40,480 nt of DNA from a virus. Its lineage: Duplodnaviria > Caudoviricetes. The position numbers and the translations under genes are program-made. The stretch covers positions 1 to 40,480 of IMG/VR virus record IMGVR_UViG_3300048561_000014; one strand, 5' to 3'. This document shows, piece after piece, positions 8,599-18,045 of the stretch. Every line of letters starts with the position of its first letter. The first letter of the stretch is position 1. The notes under the pieces were generated by a model. It did not search any database. It saw nothing but the letters and a program-made list of their open reading frames with translations, and was not told where the DNA came from.

Positions 8599-11553
8599 TT
8601 ATTTAGTTAAAAAGATAATTGCCACTACGCACTCAGAAGTATTGGAAGTGGTCTGAGTCATCACCCAGTCAACATTACCACTACCATCAGCTGTTCCCAC
8701 AACCTTACGTTCTACCGTTCCAGTTGTGTAGCCTACAGCACCAGCTCCGTTTACGTTAATATTTCCTGCACCTGTTCCGAAGGTATTTTTAATTAGGTAA
8801 ATCATTTCAAAACCCTGACTTGCTGAAAGCCCTGCAAAGCGGAGTGTACCTGAGTTATCTGGTGTGTGATAAACCTCCATACCTCTTACAATAGCATTTG
8901 CATTGCTTATGTAAGTTCCTGCGGTTGCATTAACAGCGTTCTGCATAGCGTGGAATGCGTTTGTAATAGCAAAACTTATTCCTGTTGCTGCATTGTTAAT
9001 ATCATCCAGGTTAGCAACCAATGTTCTTACACTAACATTGCCAGCCAAGTCCACATCGTTCCAACTTGATAAACCAGTATTGTTTGCGAAGTTGGTAATG
9101 TTGATGTTGACTCTCTTACTGTAGGTAATGTTATTCGTTACGCTTGTGGCTGTAAAACTTGCCAGCGCATTGGTAGCACCGTCCTGTAAGTTTGATCCAC
9201 TGCCTGAGTAAGCAATCGTTGTCAGGTAATCAATAGCCTCAAAATTCTCACTCATGGTGAAGTAATGCCCTGTTGTCTGGCCGCTATTGATTGTTACACC
9301 TGTAACCGTTGGAGCGGTGCCAACTATTCCGGCAATAGTAAAGCCTGAGAAAGTTGTGGCTGTTATTACCTCACTCGAGTTAAAATAGATTCTTCCTGGT
9401 TGTGCATTGGTAATCTCCCAGCCGCTCAGCGTTGGCGCTACCGCATCGGCTGTAGTTGTGAAATCTACTTTGGTTACTGCTGCCTGAGCAACATCTTCAT
9501 TCGTTACAAAAACCCCATAAAGATCGTATGCTGTTGATGGTGATAACCCCGTTATAGTTCCGGTTAATGCCGTGCCAGGATCAAGTATTGAACCTGATAC
9601 TATACCACTTGCTGCTCGTACTTGCGCAACAGTTGGAGCAGTTGCATTATTAGCCACCACCGTCCAATACAATAACCCTTCTTTGTTTGCATTAAAAGTA
9701 ATGGTGCCGCCTTGCTCTGTGAGTGATCCAACTGCAAGAGCACTACTAAACGTAGCCGCTGCCGCATCGTTAAATGTTGGTGTGATAGTTTTTCTGTCAT
9801 ACCCTGAGTAAGCACCGTGAGCGTAACCAGAAGCATTAAGGGGTAGCCCTGTATAGTCTATAAGATCAACACCTGAAACAACGGTTGTAATATCTGTTGC
9901 GCCTGTATATGCAGGACTTGATGTACTTGTTATTTCATAATCAGCCGCAGTGGTTCCGCTTCCATTAACAAATAAAATATCGGAGTAACTTGAGTAGCTT
10001 CTTACAAGATTGTTTACTGTTGGGGTGGTTGGGAATGTTCCTGCACCTGTAAAATCAAGCTCAGAGTAATCGCCACTCGTTCCGGTCTTTACGATAATGT
10101 TATTAGCCCAAACTAAGTTAGGTATTCTATACCCACCCGAACCAAATGCAATCGTGTTGCCTAACTTGTTACAAACAATCGTGTTGTTAAAGAAGTGAAA
10201 CGGATAGGTGTTTGTGCTTGTCCCATTGGTCCGAAAATAATTAAACACAGGTTCCGCTGCTCCTCCTGGTTCCGTTCCTTGAATCAGAATGTTACCATAG
10301 AAATAATTTGGTGAACTTGCCGGGGTTGTTTCAGATGCAAAAACGTTGTAAGGAGTTAATCCGGTTTTTCCATTCAAACCCATTTTTCCATTGATAGCAA
10401 AGTTTGAGAATACCCTGCAATTTGCATTACCTTCATTCCAACTAAATGCATTTTCGTGCGAGGCAGATTGCTGTAATCCCCAGGTGTCAATAAAGTTATG
10501 GTGAACACGCACATCTATACAACTGCTCCACTGAATTGCATCATTACCTGAGTCTGTAATTTCATTCCATGCGATAACTACATATCTTGATTTAGGAGGT
10601 ATGTAAGTAGACTGTGGTGTGTCGTTTGTGTAATTCAGGTAAACACCCTCTGCACCGCTTCCATTAATTCTGCAATCATAAATCGCAAGGTTGTTTGAAA
10701 TCCAATTTGTCGCGTTATATGTAACATTAACAGGAGGAATCCAGCTTATACCCGCTCGGTCTGTTGTGGCTCCAGTACGATCCATATCCAAACCCATCAG
10801 GTGTAGATCAGTAATTACTTTGGAGTTCTCACAACGAACGCCAAAGAGTGAGCCGGTAGGCATTACAAGATTATACCCTCTCGTGCCATCATCATTGTAA
10901 CCATCAAATATTACATACCGTGAACCTGTCAATACTAACCCATCACTTGCACTTATCCCAGTTTGAGTAATATCAGTATTGCCAGTTTCTTTTTGAATGA
11001 TGACCGGATTGCCAGACGTACCCCACAGATTAAGAAGGGCAACGTAACCCGTTCCACTTCCTTTTATATAAATTTTATAGTTAGGATTAGATGCCTCTGC
11101 AAAATCTGTGTAATGATTGCCACTTGCCAGATTGATAACCAGGTTAGCTTCACCCTCTGTAAACTTTGGAGTGTTAACATAAAATGCATCCTCCCACTCA
11201 ATCGGGTATTGATCGGTAGCAGTCTTTACCCAACAATACAAATCGTAAAATCCGCGAGTTGTTATAGCTGGAATGCTTTCGCTCAGCCCAGAGGTTCCCA
11301 TTCCTACAAGAAGGCCAGTCTTGTCTCTCACCTGCCATACAACACTTGTTACCGTTGGTGCTCCTGAGATGTTTGCGACAAGTGAAATCGCTGCGTTGGT
11401 TCTCTGAATGTGTTTGAATGTAAAATCTACATCAGGTATAGCAGTACTTGCAGAAGACCCGCTGGATGCCAGCGCAAAAAATATCTGCTTCTTGCTTATC
11501 TGCCCGAAGGCTAAAGCAGGTAAAAGGAGTAAGTATATGAGTAGTTTTTTCAT
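8599..11553 (-). CDS. Signal-peptide-bearing beta-helix (pectate-lyase-like fold) tailspike/adhesin with Ig/FnIII-like domains
   Basis: MKKLLIYLLLLPALAFG|Q; Asn-ladder repeats (IAWNEITDSGNDAIQ, VHHNFI, FFNNTI, WANNII); FnIII-like ITGLSPSTAYDLY. Confidence 0.75.
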   Translation of the reverse strand: MKKLLIYLLLLPALAFGQISKKQIFFALASSGSSASTAIPDVDFTFKHIQRTNAAISLVANISGAPTVTSVVWQVRDKTGLLVGMGTSGLSESIPAITTRGFYDLYCWVKTATDQYPIEWEDAFYVNTPKFTEGEANLVINLASGNHYTDFAEASNPNYKIYIKGSGTGYVALLNLWGTSGNPVIIQKETGNTDITQTGISASDGLVLTGSRYVIFDGYNDDGTRGYNLVMPTGSLFGVRCENSKVITDLHLMGLDMDRTGATTDRAGISWIPPVNVTYNATNWISNNLAIYDCRINGSGAEGVYLNYTNDTPQSTYIPPKSRYVVIAWNEITDSGNDAIQWSSCIDVRVHHNFIDTWGLQQSASHENAFSWNEGNANCRVFSNFAINGKMGLNGKTGLTPYNVFASETTPASSPNYFYGNILIQGTEPGGAAEPVFNYFRTNGTSTNTYPFHFFNNTIVCNKLGNTIAFGSGGYRIPNLVWANNIIVKTGTSGDYSELDFTGAGTFPTTPTVNNLVRSYSSYSDILFVNGSGTTAADYEITSTSSPAYTGATDITTVVSGVDLIDYTGLPLNASGYAHGAYSGYDRKTITPTFNDAAAATFSSALAVGSLTEQGGTITFNANKEGLLYWTVVANNATAPTVAQVRAASGIVSGSILDPGTALTGTITGLSPSTAYDLYGVFVTNEDVAQAAVTKVDFTTTADAVAPTLSGWEITNAQPGRIYFNSSEVITATTFSGFTIAGIVGTAPTVTGVTINSGQTTGHYFTMSENFEAIDYLTTIAYSGSGSNLQDGATNALASFTATSVTNNITYSKRVNINITNFANNTGLSSWNDVDLAGNVSVRTLVANLDDINNAATGISFAITNAFHAMQNAVNATAGTYISNANAIVRGMEVYHTPDNSGTLRFAGLSASQGFEMIYLIKNTFGTGAGNINVNGAGAVGYTTGTVERKVVGTADGSGNVDWVMTQTTSNTSECVVAIIFLTK

Positions 11554-11969
11554 ATCAGTGTAAACTCATTATTAGCTTTACGAATGTCAATTATCTCTTT
11601 GCATACACCTTCAATCAAATCCCAGAACGGATCGGCATTGGCTACGTTTGGAAATGAATTGATAGCCTTGTCTTGCAAGTACACTTCCATTGATACAGCG
11701 CCCGGTGTTCCTGGCGATACATATAACTTTGTAGTAGGGTTAATCAAACGCCCAACTGTAACATAATCATCTCGGTATGATTCAATGGAACGTTTTGCAA
11801 TGATTGATGAGTTGGCTGGTATAGCCTCAGCATCATTTTGCTCATGGAAGGAGATAACCCCTATTAATTTAGTAGGTTGCCCATCTACCACATCAATATT
11901 TCTATGCTCGTACTTTAACCTCTTGCCTGTACTTGCATCTACTCCAATGTTGAATTTTATATTTGCCAT
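11550..11969 (-). CDS. Hypothetical protein, possible fibre chaperone/adaptor
   Basis: 139 aa with no signal peptide, directly after the fibre gene. Confidence 0.6.
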   Translation of the reverse strand: MANIKFNIGVDASTGKRLKYEHRNIDVVDGQPTKLIGVISFHEQNDAEAIPANSSIIAKRSIESYRDDYVTVGRLINPTTKLYVSPGTPGAVSMEVYLQDKAINSFPNVANADPFWDLIEGVCKEIIDIRKANNEFTLI

Positions 11970-11971
11970 AG

Positions 11972-14173
11972 TTAGTTTGATTTAATTATTCTGGTTACTA
12001 AAGAGATTTCAGAATTGGCTACACCAGTACCAGTGAATGCAAGCGCAATGCTGCCACTACTATCGCTGGTAGATAGTGCCCATGAGCCAGTCATGTTATC
12101 ATTTGTTACAAGTTGGTTGTCACCTGCCTTTGCCAGCGTGCCGCTTGCCTTTGTCCATGTAGTGTAAAATATTCCACCCGCACCTGTATTGGCCCCTGAG
12201 CCTTTCGCAGTCCATAGAACTTCTATGGTTACGCTCTGGCCGTCTGATATGTCAGACGATGAATAAATATTTTCGCTATAAACTGTTGCAGAGGTAGTCC
12301 CTGTAGGCTGCCGCTCCTGATACTTACCATTCGTTTGAGTTACCTCGTATTCTTTATCTGCTTTAAATGTGAATAGTTCATTGTTGCTGCCATCAGCTAA
12401 CCTAAGTATTTTATCAGTAGAACTACCTCCACGTAAATCGTGAAAGGTATTTGATGTAATTGTGGTTCCCCCGATAAGTGTTTTACCACTTGTTGCATGT
12501 AAGAAATAGTTTACCCCGACTACACTGGTAACAGTAGGATCATAATATAAAGCGTTTACGTCTCCATCAGCCGCTGTATAAGTAGGTGTAAGTTTCAACA
12601 TACTCACTACTCCATTAGCCCCGCCTGTCTGGTTAATTGTTCCACTTCCTAAGTAAGCATTGAAAACAGCCGTACCGCTTGTAGGGGCAAAGCCTGTTTC
12701 GTTAGCTATTATATTAAGCGTTCCACTGGTAGCGGAATAGTTTCCGTTACCATTGTAAAATCTATAGTAGCCACCAGTAGGAACTGTTGTACTTGCATTA
12801 GTTCTAAACTCTAAACCAGCGTTTGTATTTGCTCTTAAACTTCCAAGTCCTCCATTGAAAAGTATTATCCTGCTTGATGAAATAGTTAAATTTCCTGAGC
12901 TTAGAGTAAGATCACCAGTAGTGGTAAGACCTGCACTTGTTACTGATAACCTTGTCGTTTTACCTCCACCATTTATTTCACTGGCAAGCTCCCACGTTCC
13001 GGTAGGGTTTGCTGCGCCTTGTAATGGTAGCACATCGGCTCTGAAAATAACACTCTGACTTGCTGCCGTTGCATTTGTTTTCCACCCCTGCCCTTCCCAA
13101 ACTATAGAAGGTGAAATTTGTTGAGCACCTGCCGCTGCTGCTGTTGTATTTCTAAGATGTATCCCTGCACCATCAGTGCGTGTTGTGCCAAGTGAAGCAA
13201 AAGAATGTTTAATCGTGTTAGATGAAGTACCAACAATGTCAATGGCTCCGGTTAAAGTTCCACCATTAGCTAAACTCCATCTTGCATCTAATGCATTTTG
13301 TAAATCTGTCTGACTTGAAAGTGTACCCGTTATTGAACCCCAAGTTCCACCTCCACCCGAAGGCGCTGCCCATGAAGGTAAACCACCTGAAAGAGTTAGC
13401 ACATGCGTATTTGTTCCAACCGGTAATCGTGTAAGGTATCCACTTGAGTTACGGTAGTAAATATCTCCGGTAGCATTAGTAGCACCAAGATTTAGTATAG
13501 CACCAGTAGCGTCAAATTCTAATTTATGGCTTGTGGTATTAGTTATTCTTATTTGCGTAGGATCAAACTCTAAAGCATAGTTACCATTTCTCAAATAACC
13601 ACTTGTGGCCAAATAAAGACTTGAAGTAAATCCAGCTTGAGTACCTGTTAAATCAACTGTGGTTGCTCGTCCCTTTAAAGCTGTAAGCTCATTTCCTGTA
13701 GTCCCTAACTCTAAATCATACGCTCCGCCTATTACCTTTGCACCTGTAAGATTCTGAGTGCCTGATAAACTTATCTTTGTACCAAGTTGCGTCTGTACAG
13801 CACTTGTTACACCTTTAATGTAACTCAATTCAGTTAATGATGGATAAGTTGCAGTTGCTAAACTTCCTAAAGTACTTGTGCCTGACCAATAGGTAAGTTC
13901 ATTGGCTACACCAGTGCCAACACTTGTTAGATATGTAGGTGTAAAGAACTCCAACGCAGTAGCGCCCGCATTGACTTTCATTAATTGCCCTGCTGTACCA
14001 ATAGTTGAAGCCCAACCGCGAAGCAGAGTAACAGTTGACTTCTTATTGGTAGTCTGTACGATTGGAACATATTCACTTCCAGTCAAACTGGTTGCACTCG
14101 TCATGTCACTAATCTTCTGGCTCTGACCGAAAAGAGTTAGTGGTAATAAAAGAATTAATAATACTTTTTTCAT
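11972..14173 (-). CDS. Tail-fibre-like protein with Sec signal peptide
   Basis: MKKVLLILLLPLTLFG|QSQKISDMTSATSLTGSEYVPIVQ; fibre-type motifs GTAGQLMKVNAGATALEF, GDIYYRNSSGYLTRLPVGTNTHVL, WGSITGTLSSQTDLQNAL. Confidence 0.8.
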   Translation of the reverse strand: MKKVLLILLLPLTLFGQSQKISDMTSATSLTGSEYVPIVQTTNKKSTVTLLRGWASTIGTAGQLMKVNAGATALEFFTPTYLTSVGTGVANELTYWSGTSTLGSLATATYPSLTELSYIKGVTSAVQTQLGTKISLSGTQNLTGAKVIGGAYDLELGTTGNELTALKGRATTVDLTGTQAGFTSSLYLATSGYLRNGNYALEFDPTQIRITNTTSHKLEFDATGAILNLGATNATGDIYYRNSSGYLTRLPVGTNTHVLTLSGGLPSWAAPSGGGGTWGSITGTLSSQTDLQNALDARWSLANGGTLTGAIDIVGTSSNTIKHSFASLGTTRTDGAGIHLRNTTAAAAGAQQISPSIVWEGQGWKTNATAASQSVIFRADVLPLQGAANPTGTWELASEINGGGKTTRLSVTSAGLTTTGDLTLSSGNLTISSSRIILFNGGLGSLRANTNAGLEFRTNASTTVPTGGYYRFYNGNGNYSATSGTLNIIANETGFAPTSGTAVFNAYLGSGTINQTGGANGVVSMLKLTPTYTAADGDVNALYYDPTVTSVVGVNYFLHATSGKTLIGGTTITSNTFHDLRGGSSTDKILRLADGSNNELFTFKADKEYEVTQTNGKYQERQPTGTTSATVYSENIYSSSDISDGQSVTIEVLWTAKGSGANTGAGGIFYTTWTKASGTLAKAGDNQLVTNDNMTGSWALSTSDSSGSIALAFTGTGVANSEISLVTRIIKSN

Positions 14174-14559
14174 TTGTGTGGAGTTGGTTCAGTTCTTCCT
14201 GCTGTGTTATCTGCCTCGGTTGTTTTCTGATCAATGATTTTATTAACTCGTGTATTCACAGCACCAAAAAATCTACTTGCTATATCATTGCTAACATAGC
14301 CAATAAATGAAAATGATACTCTCAAATAATTTTCAGCCTCTGGTTTAAACTTTACTACCTCTTTAACCAAGAACAAAGCAAGGCAGATGGTGGTAATGGA
14401 GATCAAATGACTTACATAATCCTCTTTAAAATAATCCATCGGCTTGAAGGCAACCTGTGCGAGCTTCGCTTTATCCTGAATTGATTTAATTTTAAATAGT
14501 GCATGCAAGAATGCCCCCAGCATTGCGATTGCAAAAAATTCAAAGTAAGTTAAATCCAT
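14170..14559 (-). CDS. Small multi-TM membrane protein, holin candidate
   Basis: Two to three hydrophobic helices and a charged C-terminal tail. Confidence 0.55.
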   Translation of the reverse strand: MDLTYFEFFAIAMLGAFLHALFKIKSIQDKAKLAQVAFKPMDYFKEDYVSHLISITTICLALFLVKEVVKFKPEAENYLRVSFSFIGYVSNDIASRFFGAVNTRVNKIIDQKTTEADNTAGRTEPTPHK

Positions 14560-14569
14560 AGTTTTAATT

Positions 14570-15820
14570 TTAAATTGTTGTTACTGTTCCATAAACGTTT
14601 GTGTTATATCCATCTTCCTTCTGAGTTAGCCAGCAAGTCGCAGGTTGTAATGGTTGTGAATTACTAACATCACGCGCTTCATAATTCTCTTCCTTTACCC
14701 AATACTCACCATCAATATAGATAGTATTGTGGTTGAGCACACGCTTCATAAGTTTGTGGATATGTGGTGGAGCGTATTCAATCTCAAGTAACTTTTGATC
14801 CTTAAGAGTACTGGAAAGTTTTTCAACTGTACCATCGCTCGTCTGATCGCTTTCGTTTTCTTCTGGTGTACGCTCTTTTGTGAATCTACCATCTAACCGT
14901 ATAGCAAAAATATCCTCATTGCTATAATCAATACCAGCATAGTTAGCCTTATCTCCATACTGAATGAGCACAGTATCGTCATGATCAGCTATATGTAGTA
15001 AATCAGACTTAGCAGCATAGTCGTTTAATAACATTATATCCCCTACTGGTGGAATGATTGTTATAGTGCTGCCAAAAATAAGAGATTCAAAAATAATTCT
15101 GAAGCGGTCACTGTTAGCAGACAGAGCTGGAAATGTAATGCTCAAGGAAGTAGCCATGCTTGCAGTTAACTCCACAACAACTTCTGATACGGCTGTGCCT
15201 CCTGCGTCTATAAATTGAAAGCGTAAATAATTACTACCAACTCCTCCATGAACATAAACTATTGGCACAGTGATAGGGTCAGGAACATCTCCAGATAATA
15301 AAACAGCTGGCTGATGAGCACCATAATCAGCAACAGTTGGAGCACTTTTGGCTATGTTAGTAGAACCATAAACATTAAACGCAGTATAGCTGCCATCAGT
15401 AGTCCAACCAGTATCAGGAGCTAAGTAGTAAACATTTCCAACCGAGCTTGTGATAAATAATTTTATAAATTCATTATCTGGGTAATCTGCAAAGTCAATT
15501 TCAACAGTATAGTAATCTGTATCCTCCACAAAATCTATGTAGTCAATCACTGCATCATCCTCGTCTTTTAACACAAGCTGGTAAGTCACACCAGTATCAT
15601 CAAACAACTGTATCTTAGTAACATCATCCGAGTTAAACTTTTGCTTAAAGCAAACCTGCTGCATACCAGCCACAACTTTCTCATTGAAAGACTCAACTCC
15701 ATTCAACCAAAACTTAACTGGATTTCCTTGTGGTAATGTCATGTCAAAACAATTTTTATAAATTACTATTCTCTCATCTGTGCAACCAAGCAACAGAAAT
15801 AAAATAACTAGCCTTCTCAT
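14570..15820 (-). CDS. Minor tail protein with lipoprotein-like leader (alternative start 15742)
   Basis: Position in tail module; ATGA-coupled start MRRLVILFLLLGC; second Met at residue 27. Confidence 0.65.
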   Translation of the reverse strand: MRRLVILFLLLGCTDERIVIYKNCFDMTLPQGNPVKFWLNGVESFNEKVVAGMQQVCFKQKFNSDDVTKIQLFDDTGVTYQLVLKDEDDAVIDYIDFVEDTDYYTVEIDFADYPDNEFIKLFITSSVGNVYYLAPDTGWTTDGSYTAFNVYGSTNIAKSAPTVADYGAHQPAVLLSGDVPDPITVPIVYVHGGVGSNYLRFQFIDAGGTAVSEVVVELTASMATSLSITFPALSANSDRFRIIFESLIFGSTITIIPPVGDIMLLNDYAAKSDLLHIADHDDTVLIQYGDKANYAGIDYSNEDIFAIRLDGRFTKERTPEENESDQTSDGTVEKLSSTLKDQKLLEIEYAPPHIHKLMKRVLNHNTIYIDGEYWVKEENYEARDVSNSQPLQPATCWLTQKEDGYNTNVYGTVTTI

Positions 15821-18045
15821 TCAATCAATATATTACTACTTCCATCCTCCATTAAAATAGCATTGCCATCTTCTTGAAGTATAACGTCAGCACCCGGAGT
15901 TACTGTTGATGCAGATGCTTGCAATAAAAGTAAATCAGCATAACCACCAAATATCTTATAATCAAAATCAAGAATGTGCATTGGGATGTAAGTGGTAGCA
16001 TCCTGACTTATTGCAATCGCATTTTCCTTATCTGCTAGTATCGCGTCATAAGTTACTTTACTCATAGGTACCTTACACTTAAATACTTTTGGGATGAATA
16101 AGTAGTCCGTAGTACTCACTGCAATATCTGCATCCTCCACTAACACAGGTTCTGGATCGTCAGTTGCCTCGCAGTCAGTAGTTTCAAATTGCGAATACAT
16201 TGTACGATTACCTTCACCACCAGAATAATAAAAGTATTCACTGGTGGTATGTTGTAAGCAGCCTTGAATAAAACTCTGCCATCTTTTAAATACTCGTGCG
16301 CATACATGTCGAATATTATAACGAGTGGAAGAATTTAGCAGCCCAGTAATTGCATTGAAGTCGGTACCAATTTCTGGAGTGTAATCACTACCATCTACTT
16401 TAACGGCAACCATTATAATATCCTCATCAATCTTACCATCTTTGTTTAGCTCAACTCGGTTGCGTCTGTTCTGCTCTATACCAAGTGAAGCAAGAAAGAA
16501 GGTGGAAATTATTTTTAGGTCGTTACCAATGGTTCTAAACTTTGTGCGCCAGCTTGCCAATGTTTGTGGATCATCTACACCACCAGCAGCTTCAATAAAA
16601 CGCTTTGAATATCCTACCTCAATAGTCTTGTAATGTTTTTCAAGATCATATCTGCGAGTTAATCCGCTGACGTTGGATAAAAATACAGAAGGTGTTTGAC
16701 CATAGAAGAAGGATTTATTTTCAATCTGAATCTTTTTAACTCCAGCAACCTCAGTATAACCAAGACCGGTGTTAGCAACAGGTTCAAAGCCTTTCCATAG
16801 CTCGTCAAAGCTGGTGGTAAATGGTTTATCTGTGAATGAATAACCTCTACCATGTATACCTCGGAACACTGCGTTGAGTCGCTTGCAAGTAGTAAACATG
16901 GTTGATTTAATAACACTATTCTGCCCTATAATTTTACTCAACACACTTTCAAATGCGTCTTTAATTAAGTAGGCATCAGTAGTGCTATCTGGAAATATTG
17001 TGTAAGCAGTAATTTCCAATTGAGTATAAACAGGATCATAGGGAGCGCCTAAATCAGAATCGTAGTCAGGAAAAAATGACATGGTACCAACCGCTGAACT
17101 TATAACTATTTTACCATAGATATAAAATTCATCGCCAACTAATAAATCAACTGTTAGACTTAATGTCCTTGCACCATCATCAGTGATTAATGAATTAGTG
17201 CCTGACTGAGTACTCCCAATCTGTGTTTCAGTTATAACCCCATCACTCTTTATTGCTCTATACCATTTAACGTCAAAGTTTCTTGATGAGCTAAGTATAA
17301 TGGTGTATCGTATAGATGCTTCAAAATTATAACTACCTGCAAAGTCTGCCTTAATTATATACTTACCATCAAGTGTAGGCTTAACAACGCTAAGAATAGT
17401 TCCATGTTCAACTCGTGTGCTTATCTCATCGACAACTAAAATAGCATTAGAGAAAATTAAGTACTGAGTTGTAGTACCTGATACATCAGCAGATATTATA
17501 GCAGTTTCATCAATAGTTCTGGTAATGTTGTCAGCCCAATCAATCTGTCTTTCAAACTTATTGCGTATAGCTTGACTTGGTAATGGTAAAGTAATCTTAT
17601 TAACAGCAGTGCGAGCGTTACCCTCCAAATCAACAGCAGCCTCCAGATCAACCTTAACTGTCCTGCGATTCATAAACGTTGCCCAAAAATCATTACGGAT
17701 AATTGGTGCGGCATACTTATAGAATCTGTTAGCCATACTCAACTCTTCCTTCTGGCTCACATCAATTAAGCCATCAAATATAGTTGACCATGTTGTGTTG
17801 TATCTGATTTCAATCAGGCAACGTATCTTAACTTCTGGTCCATCAGCATCTTCACAATCCATTATAAATGTACGGGCACTACCGTACCACACAAACCCAC
17901 CTTTAAAATATTCAACGAGCGAGTGGAAAGCTGGATCACGTGTTAACGATAACACAATGTCTCTCCAACCCAACGGCTGATTCACTACAGTGCCTGATGG
18001 GCTTACTGTATCATGGAAGAAAGTGAAGCGTGTTGACGGGGTCAT
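15817..18045 (-). CDS. Tail tip / baseplate hub-like protein
   Basis: 742 aa directly after tape measure; N-terminal QPLGWRD; C-terminal ILQEDGNAILMEDG repeat. Confidence 0.7.
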   Translation of the reverse strand: MTPSTRFTFFHDTVSPSGTVVNQPLGWRDIVLSLTRDPAFHSLVEYFKGGFVWYGSARTFIMDCEDADGPEVKIRCLIEIRYNTTWSTIFDGLIDVSQKEELSMANRFYKYAAPIIRNDFWATFMNRRTVKVDLEAAVDLEGNARTAVNKITLPLPSQAIRNKFERQIDWADNITRTIDETAIISADVSGTTTQYLIFSNAILVVDEISTRVEHGTILSVVKPTLDGKYIIKADFAGSYNFEASIRYTIILSSSRNFDVKWYRAIKSDGVITETQIGSTQSGTNSLITDDGARTLSLTVDLLVGDEFYIYGKIVISSAVGTMSFFPDYDSDLGAPYDPVYTQLEITAYTIFPDSTTDAYLIKDAFESVLSKIIGQNSVIKSTMFTTCKRLNAVFRGIHGRGYSFTDKPFTTSFDELWKGFEPVANTGLGYTEVAGVKKIQIENKSFFYGQTPSVFLSNVSGLTRRYDLEKHYKTIEVGYSKRFIEAAGGVDDPQTLASWRTKFRTIGNDLKIISTFFLASLGIEQNRRNRVELNKDGKIDEDIIMVAVKVDGSDYTPEIGTDFNAITGLLNSSTRYNIRHVCARVFKRWQSFIQGCLQHTTSEYFYYSGGEGNRTMYSQFETTDCEATDDPEPVLVEDADIAVSTTDYLFIPKVFKCKVPMSKVTYDAILADKENAIAISQDATTYIPMHILDFDYKIFGGYADLLLLQASASTVTPGADVILQEDGNAILMEDGSSNILIE

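Noticed and set aside
8599-8850. Type IX secretion C-terminal domain on the 984-aa protein
   Set aside because: No recognisable YPNP / G.Y / K..K pattern at the C-terminus
8599-14173. Diversity-generating retroelement or invertible fibre cassette
   Set aside because: No reverse transcriptase or invertase gene, and no template/variable repeat pair noticed
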